This document shows, in pieces, positions 50,661-63,685 of a stretch of DNA of 64,000 nt. Both the position numbers and the translations under genes were made by a program. Within the stretch, counting starts at the first letter, position 1; the number at the start of each line of letters is the position of its first letter. The notes beneath the pieces are model-generated. The model searched no databases, was not told where the DNA came from, and saw only the letters and a list, made by a program, of their open reading frames with translations. Where the stretch lies: the NCBI GenBank assembly GCA_052327205.1, contig CM126225.1, positions 38,068,001-38,132,000 on the forward strand, written 5' to 3'. The stretch is from Somniosus microcephalus. Its lineage: Eukaryota.

Positions 50661-51255
50661 GAAGAATGTGAAGGAGAGTATTAGAGGCATCAGATTCATA
50701 ATCAAAAACAGCAGCGAAGAGAGAGAGAGAATCAAACGCAGCAGAGAATGAAACAAATTAAGGCATCAGTGGTATAGTAAGTATTAGAGGCTGCAGAAAG
50801 GATCAAAGCAACAGAGGGACACACAGAGAGAGCATGAACATTTACATATTGCAGGAGAGTATCAACAGAGAATTAGAGCAGAGAGAGATTAAGAACATCA
50901 GGCTTATTAATTTGGCAAAGCTGGAAAAACAGTTCAGTCTATTACAGGAAACAATCTAAACATATTTAACAGAGCAGTAACTCCCATAGTTTTTTAAAGG
51001 CTGGTTGTGCCTCCCTGTTTGGAATTATTGCATTTCTTTGAAGATGTAACATAGTTAGTGGATAATCATTATGTTTTTAGAAATTATACATTTTGACTTT
51101 CAGGATGTATTTAATAAGATCCCTCAGGATTGGAGAGTCGTGGCTCAAGTGAAATCCCATGCTTAAAGAAGGTGGTGTGATTGGCTAATGAATTGACTGG
51201 ATAATAGGAAATATCAATAAGGAAAAAGAGGCTTGAATTTATATAGTGCCTTATT

Positions 51256-52019
51256 GGCCCAGAAATTCGGGTCGGGGGCTTCCCGCGGATGCAAGCCCCC
51301 GACCTGCACTTACCTTGCGCGCCGGCTGTTGAGCTGTGGGCCCCTGTGGAATTCCGATCCTGGGCCTCCTCCAACTGCCGGCGCGCAGTCCTTGCGTATC
51401 CCGGGGCGCAGTTAGTTCGATGCATCCCCTGGGATCACGTGGGCCATGGAGAGCCAATGGTAGCAGGGAATGCTTCATTCATAAGTTTGACAGGACCTGT
51501 CAAATGTTTAAATACTATAAGCCCCAAAACATCACTAAACCTTCAAATAATTTTTTTTTTAAATCACATTTTTTAAATAAACTATAAATTACATGAAATA
51601 ACTATTTTAAACAATAATTTAAATTTTTGAAAAAAATAATTTTATTTTCTAACGGGGCTAAAAAATAAACTTACCTTGCTTTAAAGTATTTAAAAATAAT
51701 AAACCTGTGGGAAAAAATGTTTTAATTTTAATTAATTCACCACTTACCTTGTAAAAAGCAGGCCTTACGACTGCTTTTTACATGTCTAACTTCTGGAGGC
51801 TTACCCTCCTGGGAAAACCTGCAAAAAAAACCCATAAGTTTGATGCGCACGCGCAGCCTCTCCTGCGCACGCGTTCCACCTCTTAACCCTTTCTTTCAGG
51901 GGAGCGGAAGTGCCGGTTTCCCGTGCATGCGCAGTGCATGCACGAAACCGGCACTTCCATTGGGCTTACGGGTGAGTACCCAGTGCGTACTCACCCGTGG
52001 AGACCCGAATTTCTGGGCC
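51256..52019. mobile_element. PIF/Harbinger-like MITE, perfect 18-bp TIR, ATT TSD, inserted in a SINE/L2 tail
   Basis: ATT|GGCCCAGAAATTCGGGTC ... GACCCGAATTTCTGGGCC|ATT; host tail TTTATATAGTGCCTT ... GTCAAAGCGATTCACA resumes afterwards. Confidence 0.9.
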
Positions 52020-52829
52020 ATTATGTTTCTCAGAAAGGTGTCAAAGCGATTCACATACAATGAATTACTTTGAAGTGCAATGGTACTAGGATCTAATATT
52101 ACCAATGATTATGATTGGAATGAGTAATAATACCCAGGGTTCTGTGACCATAATATTGATACTATTTATAGATTACCTTGGTGGGACTATTGTACATCGC
52201 ATGTCTAAGTTTGTGGGTGGCACTGGACACAGCTTTATGGAGTGGGTAGATGCAGGTTCAGTTTACCCACTCCGCTCAGTTTCTGATCTGAACTATGCTG
52301 TACAGGTGGTGTCAAGTGGAGCAGGAATAAGGGCAATTTGAATAGAGAGTGCTCCCAGAGCAGTCAAGCACATCTCTTGGTGGCTGGCCATAAAGTGGTA
52401 TTATTGGCAGTCATGTGGAAACAGGCTACCTCTGCCTGGCCTGTAACATACCCTTGATATGGAGAAAATAGGAAGTAAATCTGATGGGCAAGACTTTCTT
52501 TGGAGGTTAGATATCCTCATTTTAAAAAAAATCTAAGTTGGCGGATGCCACTAAATTGTATGGGGAAAACAGGATGTTCTGAGTAAAGAAATAAAATTCA
52601 AAGAGCTGCCATTATGTAGGCGACATGGCAGATGATGTTTAACATTGAGAAGCGTGAGATCATGTGATGCTAAAAATAGCAGATTGCAAAGTGCACTATG
52701 TCATGTAATAGGTGGTTGAGACAAAGAGAACGCAAATTTAAGAAAATGGTACCACTTTAAAGGATTAGTGACGTGGCACATGAGGGCACCATCCTTACAA
52801 AAAGTTCAGAGGCATCAGAAAGGATTCAA

Positions 52830-53335
52830 AGAAAAGACTTGCATTTTTTTATTGTGCCTCATCACATCTCATAAATAACTCGCTTCACATGGAATGAATT
52901 ACTTTGGTGTACTGTAGTTATAGGCAAAGGTAGCAACTATTTGTGTACAGAAAGATCTCACAAGCAACAATGAGATGAATGACCAGTTGAAGTGCTTTTT
53001 GGTGGTGGTAGTTGAGGGAGGTGTGTTGGATAGACCAGGAATCACCCTGAAAGGGAAAGACTTGCCTTTATTAGCATCTTATCATGCCCTCAGGACATTC
53101 CAAAGCACTTAACAACCAATGAATTACTTTTGAAGTGTAGTTGCTGTCATTATGTAGGGAAACGTGGCAGCCAGTTTGCACACAGCAAGATCCCACAAAC
53201 GGAAAATGAGAAGAACGACCCATCAATATGTTTTGGTAAATTTGGCTGAGGGTTGAATTTTGGCCAGGTACCAGGAGACCTCCCTTTCTCTTCAAATAGT
53301 GCCGGGGTCTTTTACATCTATTTGAACAGGCAGAG
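52830..53335 (-). mobile_element. Two tandem degenerate DeuSINE 3' parts
   Basis: AAAGACTTGCA... and AAAGACTTGCC...GTGGCAGCCAGTTTGCACACAGCAAGATCCCACAAAC...CTTCAAATAGTGCC. Confidence 0.7.
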
Positions 53336-53460
53336 CCTTGATGTAGAGTGAATCCACAAACTTCTAACTAAGACACAAGAGTCACCACTGAGGTATGAAG
53401 AGAGATACAAGGAACTAGATTGGAGATGAAAGAAAAGGTGAAAAACATGGTTCAAGTTCT

Positions 53461-53877
53461 GAAAGAAATAAAGACTTGCATTTGTATAGTGCCTTTCACA
53501 ACCTCAGGACATCCTAACAGCCAATCAAGTACTTTTGAAGTGTAGTCACGTTGTAATGTAGGAAACGCAAGCTCCTACAAACAGCAATGTGATCATGACC
53601 AGATAATCTGTTTTTTGTTATGTTGATTGAGGGATAAATATTGGTCAGGACACCGGGGATAACTCCCTCAAAATAGTGCCATAGGATCTTTTACGTTAGA
53701 GGGCAGACAGGGGCTCAGTTAAACGTCTCATTTGAAGCACCTCTGACAGTGCAGCACTCCCTCAGTGCTGCATTGGAGTGTCAGCCTAGATTTGTGCTCA
53801 AGTCTCTGGAGTGGGATTTGAACCCACAACCTTCTGACTCAGAGGCGAGAGTGCTACCCACTGAGCCACAGCTGACA
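53461..53877 (-). mobile_element. Full-length DeuSINE
   Basis: Tail AAAGACTTGCATTTGTATAG through GGGATTTGAACCC and CCCACTGAGCCACAGCTGACA. Confidence 0.9.
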
Positions 53878-53986
53878 TGGTTCTAATGAAGAGAGTTGAT
53901 AAATGTAAGGATGCATTTTGTGAAAGCAAGATTGCAGAGCTTGGGGATGCAATTATTACATGAGCTAAATATAAGTGCAGGAGTAA

Positions 53987-54175
53987 AAATTGAAAAGGCT
54001 GAACACACTCAGCCGCTCAGGCAGCATCTGTGGAGAGAGAAACAGAGTTGACATTTCAGGTTGATAACGTTAACTCTGTTTTTCCCTCTCCACAGATGTT
54101 GCCTGACCTGCTAAGTGTTTCCAGCATTTTCTGTTTCAATTTCAGATTTCCAGCATCTGCAGTATTTTGTTTTTG
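53987..54175. mobile_element. Penelope pseudo-LTR collapsed inverted repeat, 17-bp TSD with 1 mismatch
   Basis: TATAAGTGCAGGAGTAA (53970-53986) / TATAAGTTCAGGAGTAA (54176-54192); arms GGCAGCATCTGTGGAGAG..AAACAGAGTT / AACTCTGTTT..CTCTCCACAGATGTTGCC. Confidence 0.8.
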
Positions 54176-55774
54176 TATAAGTTCAGGAGTAACTTGTTTG
54201 AATTCTGGAATAGACTGCCATTTTGATGCAGGCTCCTGCGCTCATTGTCAGGGCTCACATATGAAGTAGGACCAGTTGAGTTAACAAAGGGCAGCTGGCA
54301 CCCATACAACCTTTGCGCCGCCCCCCCCCCCCCCCCGCATCAGTCAGGAGGAGAGGGAAAAAATTGTGTGGGAAGAAATTACTGGATAATTTAACGGCTG
54401 TAGCAATTTACTGCCATGCTGTGACTAATTATCTCTTTAAGGAATCTAAATTGAAGACCAGCATAGAATGATAATTTTGCAGTCATCCTGGCAGTCCAAT
54501 TGGGTAGAAGAGCTGCGACCATCTATGGGACACCTGGAAACCATCTGGCAAGCAGTACTGCAGCAGTTTCAGTATCTCCGATATAAGGAGGAACCATTGT
54601 TCTATTTACTCTTGAGTGTTCAAAAGGCATGGTTTTACGATTTCACGAGAGCTGCTCGCCAGAGGAAATATTCCTGAACATATTTAGGAAGCCATTAAAA
54701 ATAGCCTCCAGAGCTGTCTCCAATGGTGTCCCCTTCATTGCAGTGAAAAATCATGAATAGGAAGTATTTTAAAAAAAACCTGTGTCTCTCCCTCCACTGC
54801 ACTGGCTTTGGAAATGAGTATATTTTTCCACTGTTTTTTGACCCATGGTTTTTCATCATAGCAATACAGGAGACACCACAGTGCAACTCAAGTAAAAATA
54901 CTATGAAGGAAAGAAGTAGGGGGAGGCTACAGATAATCCGGCTATGTGCCACCATATTTTTGGCTGCTTATACAGCAGCTAAAAGGTCTGAAACCTGTGA
55001 GGAGAGATTTTCACCTCTGCACCATTTGTAGCAAAATTAGCAATGTTTTTGTGAAGGAGATGTCCAATTTTACTACAAGTACTAAAGGCATTTCCACTCG
55101 CTCCCCTGTGTGGCACCTTTTTATAAGGTAAGTTTCTGAAGAGTGGGCTGTTTGAAAATTGTGGCATTTATGGGAACAAACAGAACAAAGCAACATAGTC
55201 GTCATGCTCCCTTTTATATTACGATAGAAGGGTAGACGACGTCAATCCACTTCAAAAGCTAAACTTAACCCACAAGAGCAGCCTGGTTCCATTCCCACCT
55301 TGCTTCAAAAGCTTATTCTGAACGTAAAATGAATATCAGACATTTCCTGGTCTACATAAATAAAGGACAATACCTACTTAACTCCGGCATTGTCAGCCAG
55401 GTCCTGACAATGTGTAATAATTCTAAATAATTAATTCAATGGTTCCTACATCAAACTCGCATTCACAGAGATGTTAGTAATCTATCACCACACAATAGCC
55501 TTGGACAACACCAGGTACTTTAATTGCTTTAGTGGGGGCAATCTGTCTCTTAAGTTTGCCTCATAAAATTCCCTTTTTACTCATTGCTGCTTGAAGTGTT
55601 CTGAACTTTATTGTATGTTTGTTCTTGCTTTGGGGCTCAGTAAAGGAGACCATAAAAGATATTTAACACAGACAGACATTAAGATGGAAAGCTATTACAG
55701 TTTCTATTTATTAAAAACATTGAGCAATAGCTCTGATGGCAAATTGAGTTTGTCCACTGAATTGATGGCCACAA

Positions 55775-56070
55775 AGACAACAGAGGTCTTGGGTTCACCC
55801 CCTGGGTTGCGCTGAGTTAGCTGATTTTAGAAAAGACCGTGTCAGGGGTGCTAACGCTGGCTTCAGCACCCCGAGGTGGGCGTGTGCGTCTACATATGTT
55901 GGGTGAGCACTGGAATGGCCTCCGCTTGTGATTCTTTCCGTGATCCAATAGGCTACTGACACTCACTATTCACATGAATAATGGCCAAAGTAGTGGAGGG
56001 TGACTGCCACTTGCGGAATGTATCCCAGCAAGCAGTCAATAACTTAAGAAGAGGATGGGAGAAAAATTGG
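55775..56070 (+). mobile_element. SINE family B
   Basis: GGTCTTGGGTTCACCCCC...GCTGAGTTAGCTGAT...CACATGAATAATGGCC...GAGGATGGGAGAAAAATTGG. Confidence 0.65.
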
Positions 56071-59000
56071 TGAATTACTTGTATCAGATTCACCACTTGA
56101 GGATGCCTTAGTTGTACAGCTCAGTAAGTCAGGGGTGCTATACTGATCTCAGCTGCATCAATAGGAGCGCAAAAATGAGCCAGGACTTCCATTCCTGATC
56201 TCTGTTCACTCATGTCACATCTGATGTCTGTGCCTTCATCCACCTAGTCCCTGCGCTCTGCAATTGCACCTCTGCCCTCCTTAAAACCCACCTCTTTTAC
56301 TAAGCTTTTGGCCACCCCTGCTAATCTCTCCTTCTGACTCGGTGTTCATTTCTCCCCACACCTCTGTGAGTTGACTTTGCATGGTTTTCTGTGTTAAATG
56401 CAGGTTGTTGTTGGGTTGACGGGACAGTGATCGGGAATGGGAACCATGGCTGATTTTTTTTCCCCCCTTCCCTAAGAGAACTGTGGCCAATTGTAGTGCC
56501 CCTACCAGTGCCCAGCTAACTCGGCACAGGCTCGAGATCAAACCTATGACCTTCCTGGACTTTATGGATTAAAGATGGTGAATTTACTTCAGAGCCATCA
56601 GATAAGCGGCAGTGTATCTTCAAATAAAATCTCTGCTTTTCTTTCTCACAATAAAAACTGTAATGGGTTTCTTTAAGTACCCAGCATTGCATGTTGTAAA
56701 TCTATTGCTGCTTATAGTCAACCTACAGGAAATTAAAAGTCCATGCATTATTTTATTATAAGCACTAGTGGAATATTAAACATAACAGTGCTGATCATCC
56801 CTTGACTTAGGAGTTTCTGCATTCTCAGAAGTGCCTCACAGCTGGAAACTGTTTGACTACTTCAGTGCAATAAATCACTACCTACAGTATAACAACTTTA
56901 TGTTCTCTTATTAATGCATTTGCTGCACGCACACACTGAATTATAAGCTGCTGGTAACTGAATCCAGACAGGTCAGGGATTGCCTTTTCAGTGAAGAGGA
57001 ACCGTCCCGTATGTGGGTTTAATAGTCTGGGTTTGAGGCAGAATAGGCATTGGATTTTAATAAAACTAGTCTTCAGATAAGATAGTGATCTGAATGTTAA
57101 ATGCGTAGAGGCTATGGAATTGAGGCGCTTGAGCTGAATTCATTTTCTGAGAGTTCTGGATTTTTGCATATTTAGGTAAAGGAAGTAATTGCTGAGGAAG
57201 AAGTCACTACTTGGAGGTTAAAATTTCTGTCTCAGTTAACATTAGTGTTAAAAAAACCCAGATATGAATATAAAATAGCGAAATGGTAATTTCATCCCCT
57301 TGATGAGTAAGTGGTGAACAATACTTGGATTTTATTTTAATGCATCAGAAAAAGATAGCTTGTTGTGGATAAAATGCAAACCTGAAAATATTGCAAATAA
57401 AAAACAAATACCGGTACTTCAGAGATTAGCAAGGTGAAAGCCCTAAATGTAAAATTGAGCACAAGCTGCTCCTGCGTTTCTGTTTGTTACAATGGATGGA
57501 TGGAAACTTGTCAGCAGCTGCTGCCCAATTTTGTGATCAGGTCTTTTGGCTCACCGACTTCTTGCACCCTGGCACCGAAGAGGAAGAAGTACCTCCTTCA
57601 CAGCTCCATCAGCATCCAAAACACACAAAACCCCGGTTAATATTCCTGGTCGAGACCCTTGCATCAGAATGAGAGAGAAAGTTATTGAAATCTGTAACTT
57701 TGGAGGAGTTTAAAGCACTTTCATTTTGACTACCCTGTAGCTGCAAATTGATGCTGATTATCAGAAGCAAATATCCTCCATCCACTTCAATAAGACAAGA
57801 AAGCATTTTCAGGGTTAACGATGCACAATAAAATAATTAAGTTCATTCCACTAAACAATTATAATTATAATTTGACGATGACATGCTTTGCCACATATGC
57901 ATAAGTATACCGTGTTAGTTAATAACACGTGAAATCTCATTACCACTTCATTACTAGTCTTGTGTTGCACTAAGGGCAGGCAATCCAATTAAGTGTGTAG
58001 AAAAAAAACACATTTAAAAAAAAAAACCTTCGAAAGGGTACAGGCATTTTTAGGTGCTTGTCCTGGAAGAGAGGCACTCAAGTGGATTCCTGGTGCCTCT
58101 GTGCACCCGCATACACGCTCTCCTTCAGCCAACTTGCCCTCACGCATCAGAACTTGCTTATGAACCTTTCTGCCTTGTTAAATCACTGCTCACCTTCAAA
58201 AGCCTCCTTAAAGCCTTGCTTAATTTAGTTCCTACTTCCGCTGAAGCCTGACCTCCAACTGTGACGCTCTAGGCATGTATTTCTATGTTAAAGGCACTAT
58301 ATAAATGTACGTTTATTGGTGATGTTGGTCGACAGGATTGGGCTCATCTCTGATGCTCTTCATACTCAAATAGTCTGTTGGAACCCATGAAGAAGAGCGA
58401 TTTAGACAAGATACTGGAGGGCTACCAGAATCCATGGAACTGTACCCAGCTTAAGTTGCTGCCTTCAGGAGCAGATATGGGAGTAAATTGAGGATGATCA
58501 AGGCAAAGATCAATAAAACAAGGAAAACAGAGAAGGAAAGCAAGGCCGTGAGAGGCAGGCAGCCTAGCAGTTGCCATTTTTATTTGTCCTGGACAATTCT
58601 ACCTCTGACAGTGCCATTCTTACTCAAATAAATGAAAACTAAAAAAGTGATATTTTTGACATAAGTTTGGAAGCTGTATGCGTGTATGGTGCAGGGCTAG
58701 AGACAGAGATAGGGCCAAGGGGACTAGACTGGAGCACAAAAGATTGAAAGTGTAGTAAAGGCTGGGAAGGGGTGAGAACAGTGGTTAGTTTAATAGCTTT
58801 CATTGTGACTTTTGGACCCAATTGAACCTCCAAAGCTTTATTACAGCCCTAAAATCTGCTGACTGACTCACATATAGGTCGACTGTTAGCCATTGTCATC
58901 TCACCAGGGTTTCTACTTTCTCTCTATCTTTGTATGAAGTTAGGTTCTTTAGGCTAGTCTTCTGCTAACAAAGCCCGAGTATATGTAACTCCAAAAACCT

Positions 59001-60406
59001 TCAGTCCTACCGGAATCTGTTAATTTTTTTTAATTAATTACTTTTCTAAAAATGATGAGGATGATGTGAGATTCCATCCCTTGCCCTACCCCTATCCGGT
59101 TTTGGACAGGACAAAAAGTGGCAACTTGAAACCCATCAGCTAAGCAATCTGGAGACCGTTGGAGGGGCCCGATTTTGAAATAATCCTGATCATGCTGATT
59201 CCATCAGTTGGTCCATTTTCAGCTTTTGACAGATTTTGCAAAATAGCTATAGGAGGTTTCGCTGATGGTTTCACATTTCTAAGTTATAGATGAAAGCATT
59301 TTTTATTTCTTCCAGCCACATAGTTTGCGCTGGAACCTTAATTCCACAATACCATTAGAAATGGATGAAATTTGTAATTGGTAACATTCGGATTAAGTGT
59401 ACAGCGCTGAAAGGTCTTAATTGAGCCAGTGCTGCTTTACATAAAAACCAGCAGGGATTTTTAGTAGTGTATAAAAGGTATCATTATCAAATATGTTTTC
59501 AAATGGAAAGCAATTATCGAGCAATGTAACTGCATATTTGAAACTCCCTGCAGGCAAATTTTAATAGTCTGAATAATGTGCACCAGTTTATTTAAAAAGC
59601 ATTTCCCCAAAAGATAATTTTTTTAAAAAGTGAAATTATTTCTTTCAAACATACAGGGAAGTATTTCTACAATGCTAATGCTTGAAGGGAGGTGGTGGAG
59701 GCTTGCTCTACCCCCTTCTCCTAAAATAAATTCCTCCACATTAGTTAACATTTTCGTCCTGTATATTTATGTATATGTTATATACAAGTCTTGCATCTAG
59801 TGCACATCTATCACATCTCAAGTGTCACACTTTGTTACAAATGCTAACAGCAACAAATCACAGTGGAAGTCTTTACAGGAGTATTTTTTTTTAAAAAGCC
59901 AATCATTGCTTGCTGCATTCTCTGACCTTGATAACCTGGCTTCTTCCAAGGGCAGGAGCCAGGAATTTACAAGCAGTTGCCAATCTAGAGAAACCTCCCT
60001 CAGCAATTTGCCTCTAATTGACCTCGTGATGTGCCAACTTAGATCATTTCCCCACAGGGAATGGCTTTGAAGGGATAAGCCAAGTTAAACACACTTCCAT
60101 TCTATCAGCTAAACATCAAAACCTTCAGACCAAAGACCATTCATGAGCAATGCCACAGGAGATCGAGTTAGTGTTAAATATGTAGCTAGAGGAAATCTGG
60201 AAGTGATTCCATTCTGGTGTAAGCTCACTCAAAACAGAGCTAGATGTTTTGCCCCTTCTTTCCTGAAGTTGCTGACTCGTGTTGTTCAATATTATAGGCA
60301 CCCAGTAACTGCAGTATCTTTCTCAAGAGACCATTCTTTGCGTGAGCCTAGATGGTGAGCATCAGCAGACTATTTGTCTGTGAAGGACAGCATAGCTTAG
60401 CCCACT

Positions 60407-60945
60407 AAAATAACAACAGAAAACACTGGAAAAACTCAGCAGGCCAGGCAGCATCCGTGGAGCGAGAAACAGAGTTAACATTTCAGGTCTGGGACCCTTC
60501 ATCAGAACTGGAAAAAGCTGGAGATGTAACAGGTGCAGAGACAGGAGTGGATGAAGGAATATACTGTGCTTTTGTAAGAGGCAGGAAAGGTAAAATGTTG
60601 CAAATGGGAATGGCAAAATCATACAGCATGAAAAATGGGGGTAGGGGTTATAGTTTGAAATTGTTGAACTCAGTGTTGAGGCCAGAAGGCTTTAAAGTGC
60701 CTAATCAAAAGATGAGGTGCTGTTCCTCGACCTTACATTGAGCTACATTGGAACAATGTAATAGGCCGAGGACAGAGATCAGAGTGGGAGTGAAGCAGTG
60801 AATTAAAGTGACAGGCGACCGGACTGAACGGAGGTGTTCCACAAAGCACCTCTCTCCATGGATGCTGCCTGGCCTGCTGATTTTTTTCCAGCGTTTTCTG
60901 TTGTTATTTCAGATTTCCAGCATCCGCAGTATTTTGCTATTGTAT
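60407..60945 (-). mobile_element. Penelope-like retroelement remnant: GIY-YIG endonuclease C-terminus, hammerhead motif, inverted pseudo-LTR, 14-bp TSD
   Basis: TAGCTTAGCCCACT at 60393-60406 and 60946-60959. Minus strand 60655-60848 reads CFVEHLRSV/PVACHFNSLLHSHS/ISVLGLLHCSNVAQCKVEEQHLIF*LGTLKPSGLNTEFNNFK. Confidence 0.85.
60473..60509 (-). ncRNA. Degenerate minimal hammerhead ribozyme motif
   Basis: Minus strand AGUU-CUGAUGA-A-GGGUC(CCA)GACCU-GAAA-UG-UU-AACU; CpG decay breaks the ACGU palindrome. Confidence 0.6.
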
Positions 60946-63685
60946 TAGCTTAGCCCACTTCTGTTTTCATCTAACAGGCACACACTTTCTAGCAGTAGTA
61001 ACTAGATAGCAGTCAACAGCAGGAATATTGGCTGATGTTTCCCCTACCTGCCCAGCAACGGATGCTGATAATTGTAGTACCTGTACCGCTGAACAGACTG
61101 GGAATCAAACCTGGAACCTGTATGACTCAGTTACATGCTATTTACCAAATGAGCCATTAGGGGAGCAACTCATACTTGTACTTCTTGCTCAATTCAACTA
61201 TTTTTATTTTTTTTAAAGGTAAGCTACCGTTCTATTAATGCCAAGACCATGTTGGTTGACGGAGCCTTGTCTTATGGGTATTGTAGTTCATAGGATTGAA
61301 AATGTGGCAGCTAATCACAATGTTGCTGGCAAATTTTTCAAAAGAGTTCAGTGTTGTGATGTAGGTTCAACTAAACATCTTCTCGTGTTTCATTGTTTAG
61401 ACGAGAGCTTCCTTTACAATGAGGCTGTTCATTCAGATCTAATCCGCATTAACAATTATTTTAAACTAAACATCCCATTGAGTGTTAGCTGATATGAACT
61501 GTGGAAACATTTTGGGGGTGCTACAAATGGCCTTGACACCTCTGGCCTAGATTGGGGGGGGGAAAGCAATCTCTGTGCAGTGACTCCCACTGGAAAGCGT
61601 ACCCTCACTGGGTTTGTTCATGGAAAATGACCACTTGCAAGAGGCACTGAAGTGTTGCCACACTTGTGGAACTGTACCCAGAGGATGGATAATTAGGATT
61701 TGTCTGATTTGAACTTGGCCCATTCTGCTCCCGAAATCGACTCATCATGATCATAAAAACCTGAAGAATTTCTTTTAATCCCCAGCTCTGGGCAAACTTT
61801 TAGTGTGTCAACACGGGAATAAATCATTATCTACAGTTCCCTTATCACTCTGTTGACATACTTTCTGTCCACTGTCCAGTGTCCACTTCCACAGTTAATA
61901 ATTAATGGCTGACAGAGTCCATTTCGTTGCAATAAATAGGCCAGATTCCTTTACTCTATCTCACCAGGTAGTATTTAAAAAGAAATCAAACTATTTCCTG
62001 TGCTTTGTGTTGGCTGATTATGTTCCAATTATTTCACCCAATGATTTTTCTTTTATATTTTACAATGCTTGACCTGCTCTTATTTTCTTTCCCTGCATGT
62101 ACCGCCACAAAATCCATAAGAGATCAAGTGAAGTCAATATCTAAATGGCATTCACGGTGGCACTTTACAAATTACGTTGGTGTAATAGCACATCACAGCC
62201 ATGAAGGGATAGCATGGCAGTAAAGTTACACCTTTTGTGAGTCGAAGACCAGACCAGGGCAGGATAGGGATGTGACAGAGGTGGGATCAAGTTCATGGGT
62301 CGAGTTCTGAGGATTGTCTTTGGCTATGATGAAAATTTATTGCAAAACTTAATACATTTTAATCTCGCCATGCCATGAAGAGAGAAGTAAGTGGAGAAAA
62401 TTGACTTTTATTTTAAAATCCAGATATTAAGACGCTGATAATCAAATAGTGGGCAGCCAGTGTAGGCGATGAGCAGAGGGGCCTTGGAGGCAGCTCATGA
62501 GTTGTGACCTAAGCTCATTAGACCCTTGAGTTGTATTTAAATGAGATGCCTACCTTAATGTGGCTGGAGTGCCTGAGCAGCACTCAAGCTGAACAATACT
62601 TGTTTTGAACAGTTATTGAAGAGAAGCCCAATTTTTTTTAAAAAATCTGCCTGATGCTCCTTCTGTCCCCAACCCCCTGCCCGGTGCCCTCCCGTGCTGG
62701 GAAAGTGCTCTGCCAGCAATGGGAAACCAGTAGTCCTTCGCTGGTTTTAGCGCCTAATAATGCAGCCCTGATGCTCGCAGCACGTTGAGAGAGATAGGCG
62801 TGAAGCACCAGCACATTTGTACATGGATTGGCCTTGCATCGTCAGGCAAGGTCACTTGTGCACGGGTGCAAGTACCACAGACATCGGTGGCGCGACACTT
62901 GGCCTCATTATCACCCCCTGGACGTCTAGTTTAAATTTGAAGAAATTCCAAGAAAAGCCAACTCAAGAAAAGAGCTTTGCAGATGGATAGTGATCTTAAC
63001 CACCCAACTGGTCAGTTTTCTGCTTTATATTGGGCCTTTTGAGGCAGATGGCAAACAGAGGAGGCAGGAGGCATTTATACTGGCCTGATGCAAACCTCCT
63101 GTATTTCAGCCTAAACTAACTTGGGAGGTCAAGAGGTGAGAATCTGTATATGGAAATACAAATGGAATTAAATAACTCAACATTGCTTATGGTTAAACAC
63201 ACAGTGTAATACCAGCTATAAATGTACAAATCCAGATTTGTGCCTTAAATGTGATGAACGGTTTTATTCCCACTTTAACATCAGAACAAATGTAAATTTA
63301 TAGCTGTGGTGTAAACAGGGCTTTTGCAGTGACCAGCTTTACTGTTTATTGACCAGATGTCAGACGAGGCTGGTAAATAATCTTGGCAGCAGCTATTGTC
63401 CTGGGTGCTGCGAGTGGTGTGTGAATTCCTTTATCTCAGGTAATTCTGCACATTCCTGTCAATCACTTTATGGTGGCCTGGAGGATATGGGCCTGTTAAC
63501 TGTCTGTCTGGACTGCTATCCCAACACAAAGGCAGGATTGTTTTATTGAAGCGGTGGAGAACAAAAGCCCCCCAGAATGTAAATACTGCAAATAAAAGGT
63601 GCTAACGCAAGCGCCTTCATACTGGTTTAGTTCAGATCCTTGGAGAGTGGCATCCTTGAGCCAGTTCCCTGCCATTGCACTACTA

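Noticed and set aside
50660-50910. Purine-rich AG tract resembling a coding coiled-coil
   Set aside because: Low-complexity sequence with no ORF or consistent period
55032-55127. Possible 96-nt cassette exon (TTTGTAG acceptor, AG|GTAAGT donor)
   Set aside because: In the RARA phase-1 frame it hits TGA after 7 codons and has no RAR similarity; such splice signals occur by chance. Only RNA-seq could rescue it as a poison exon.
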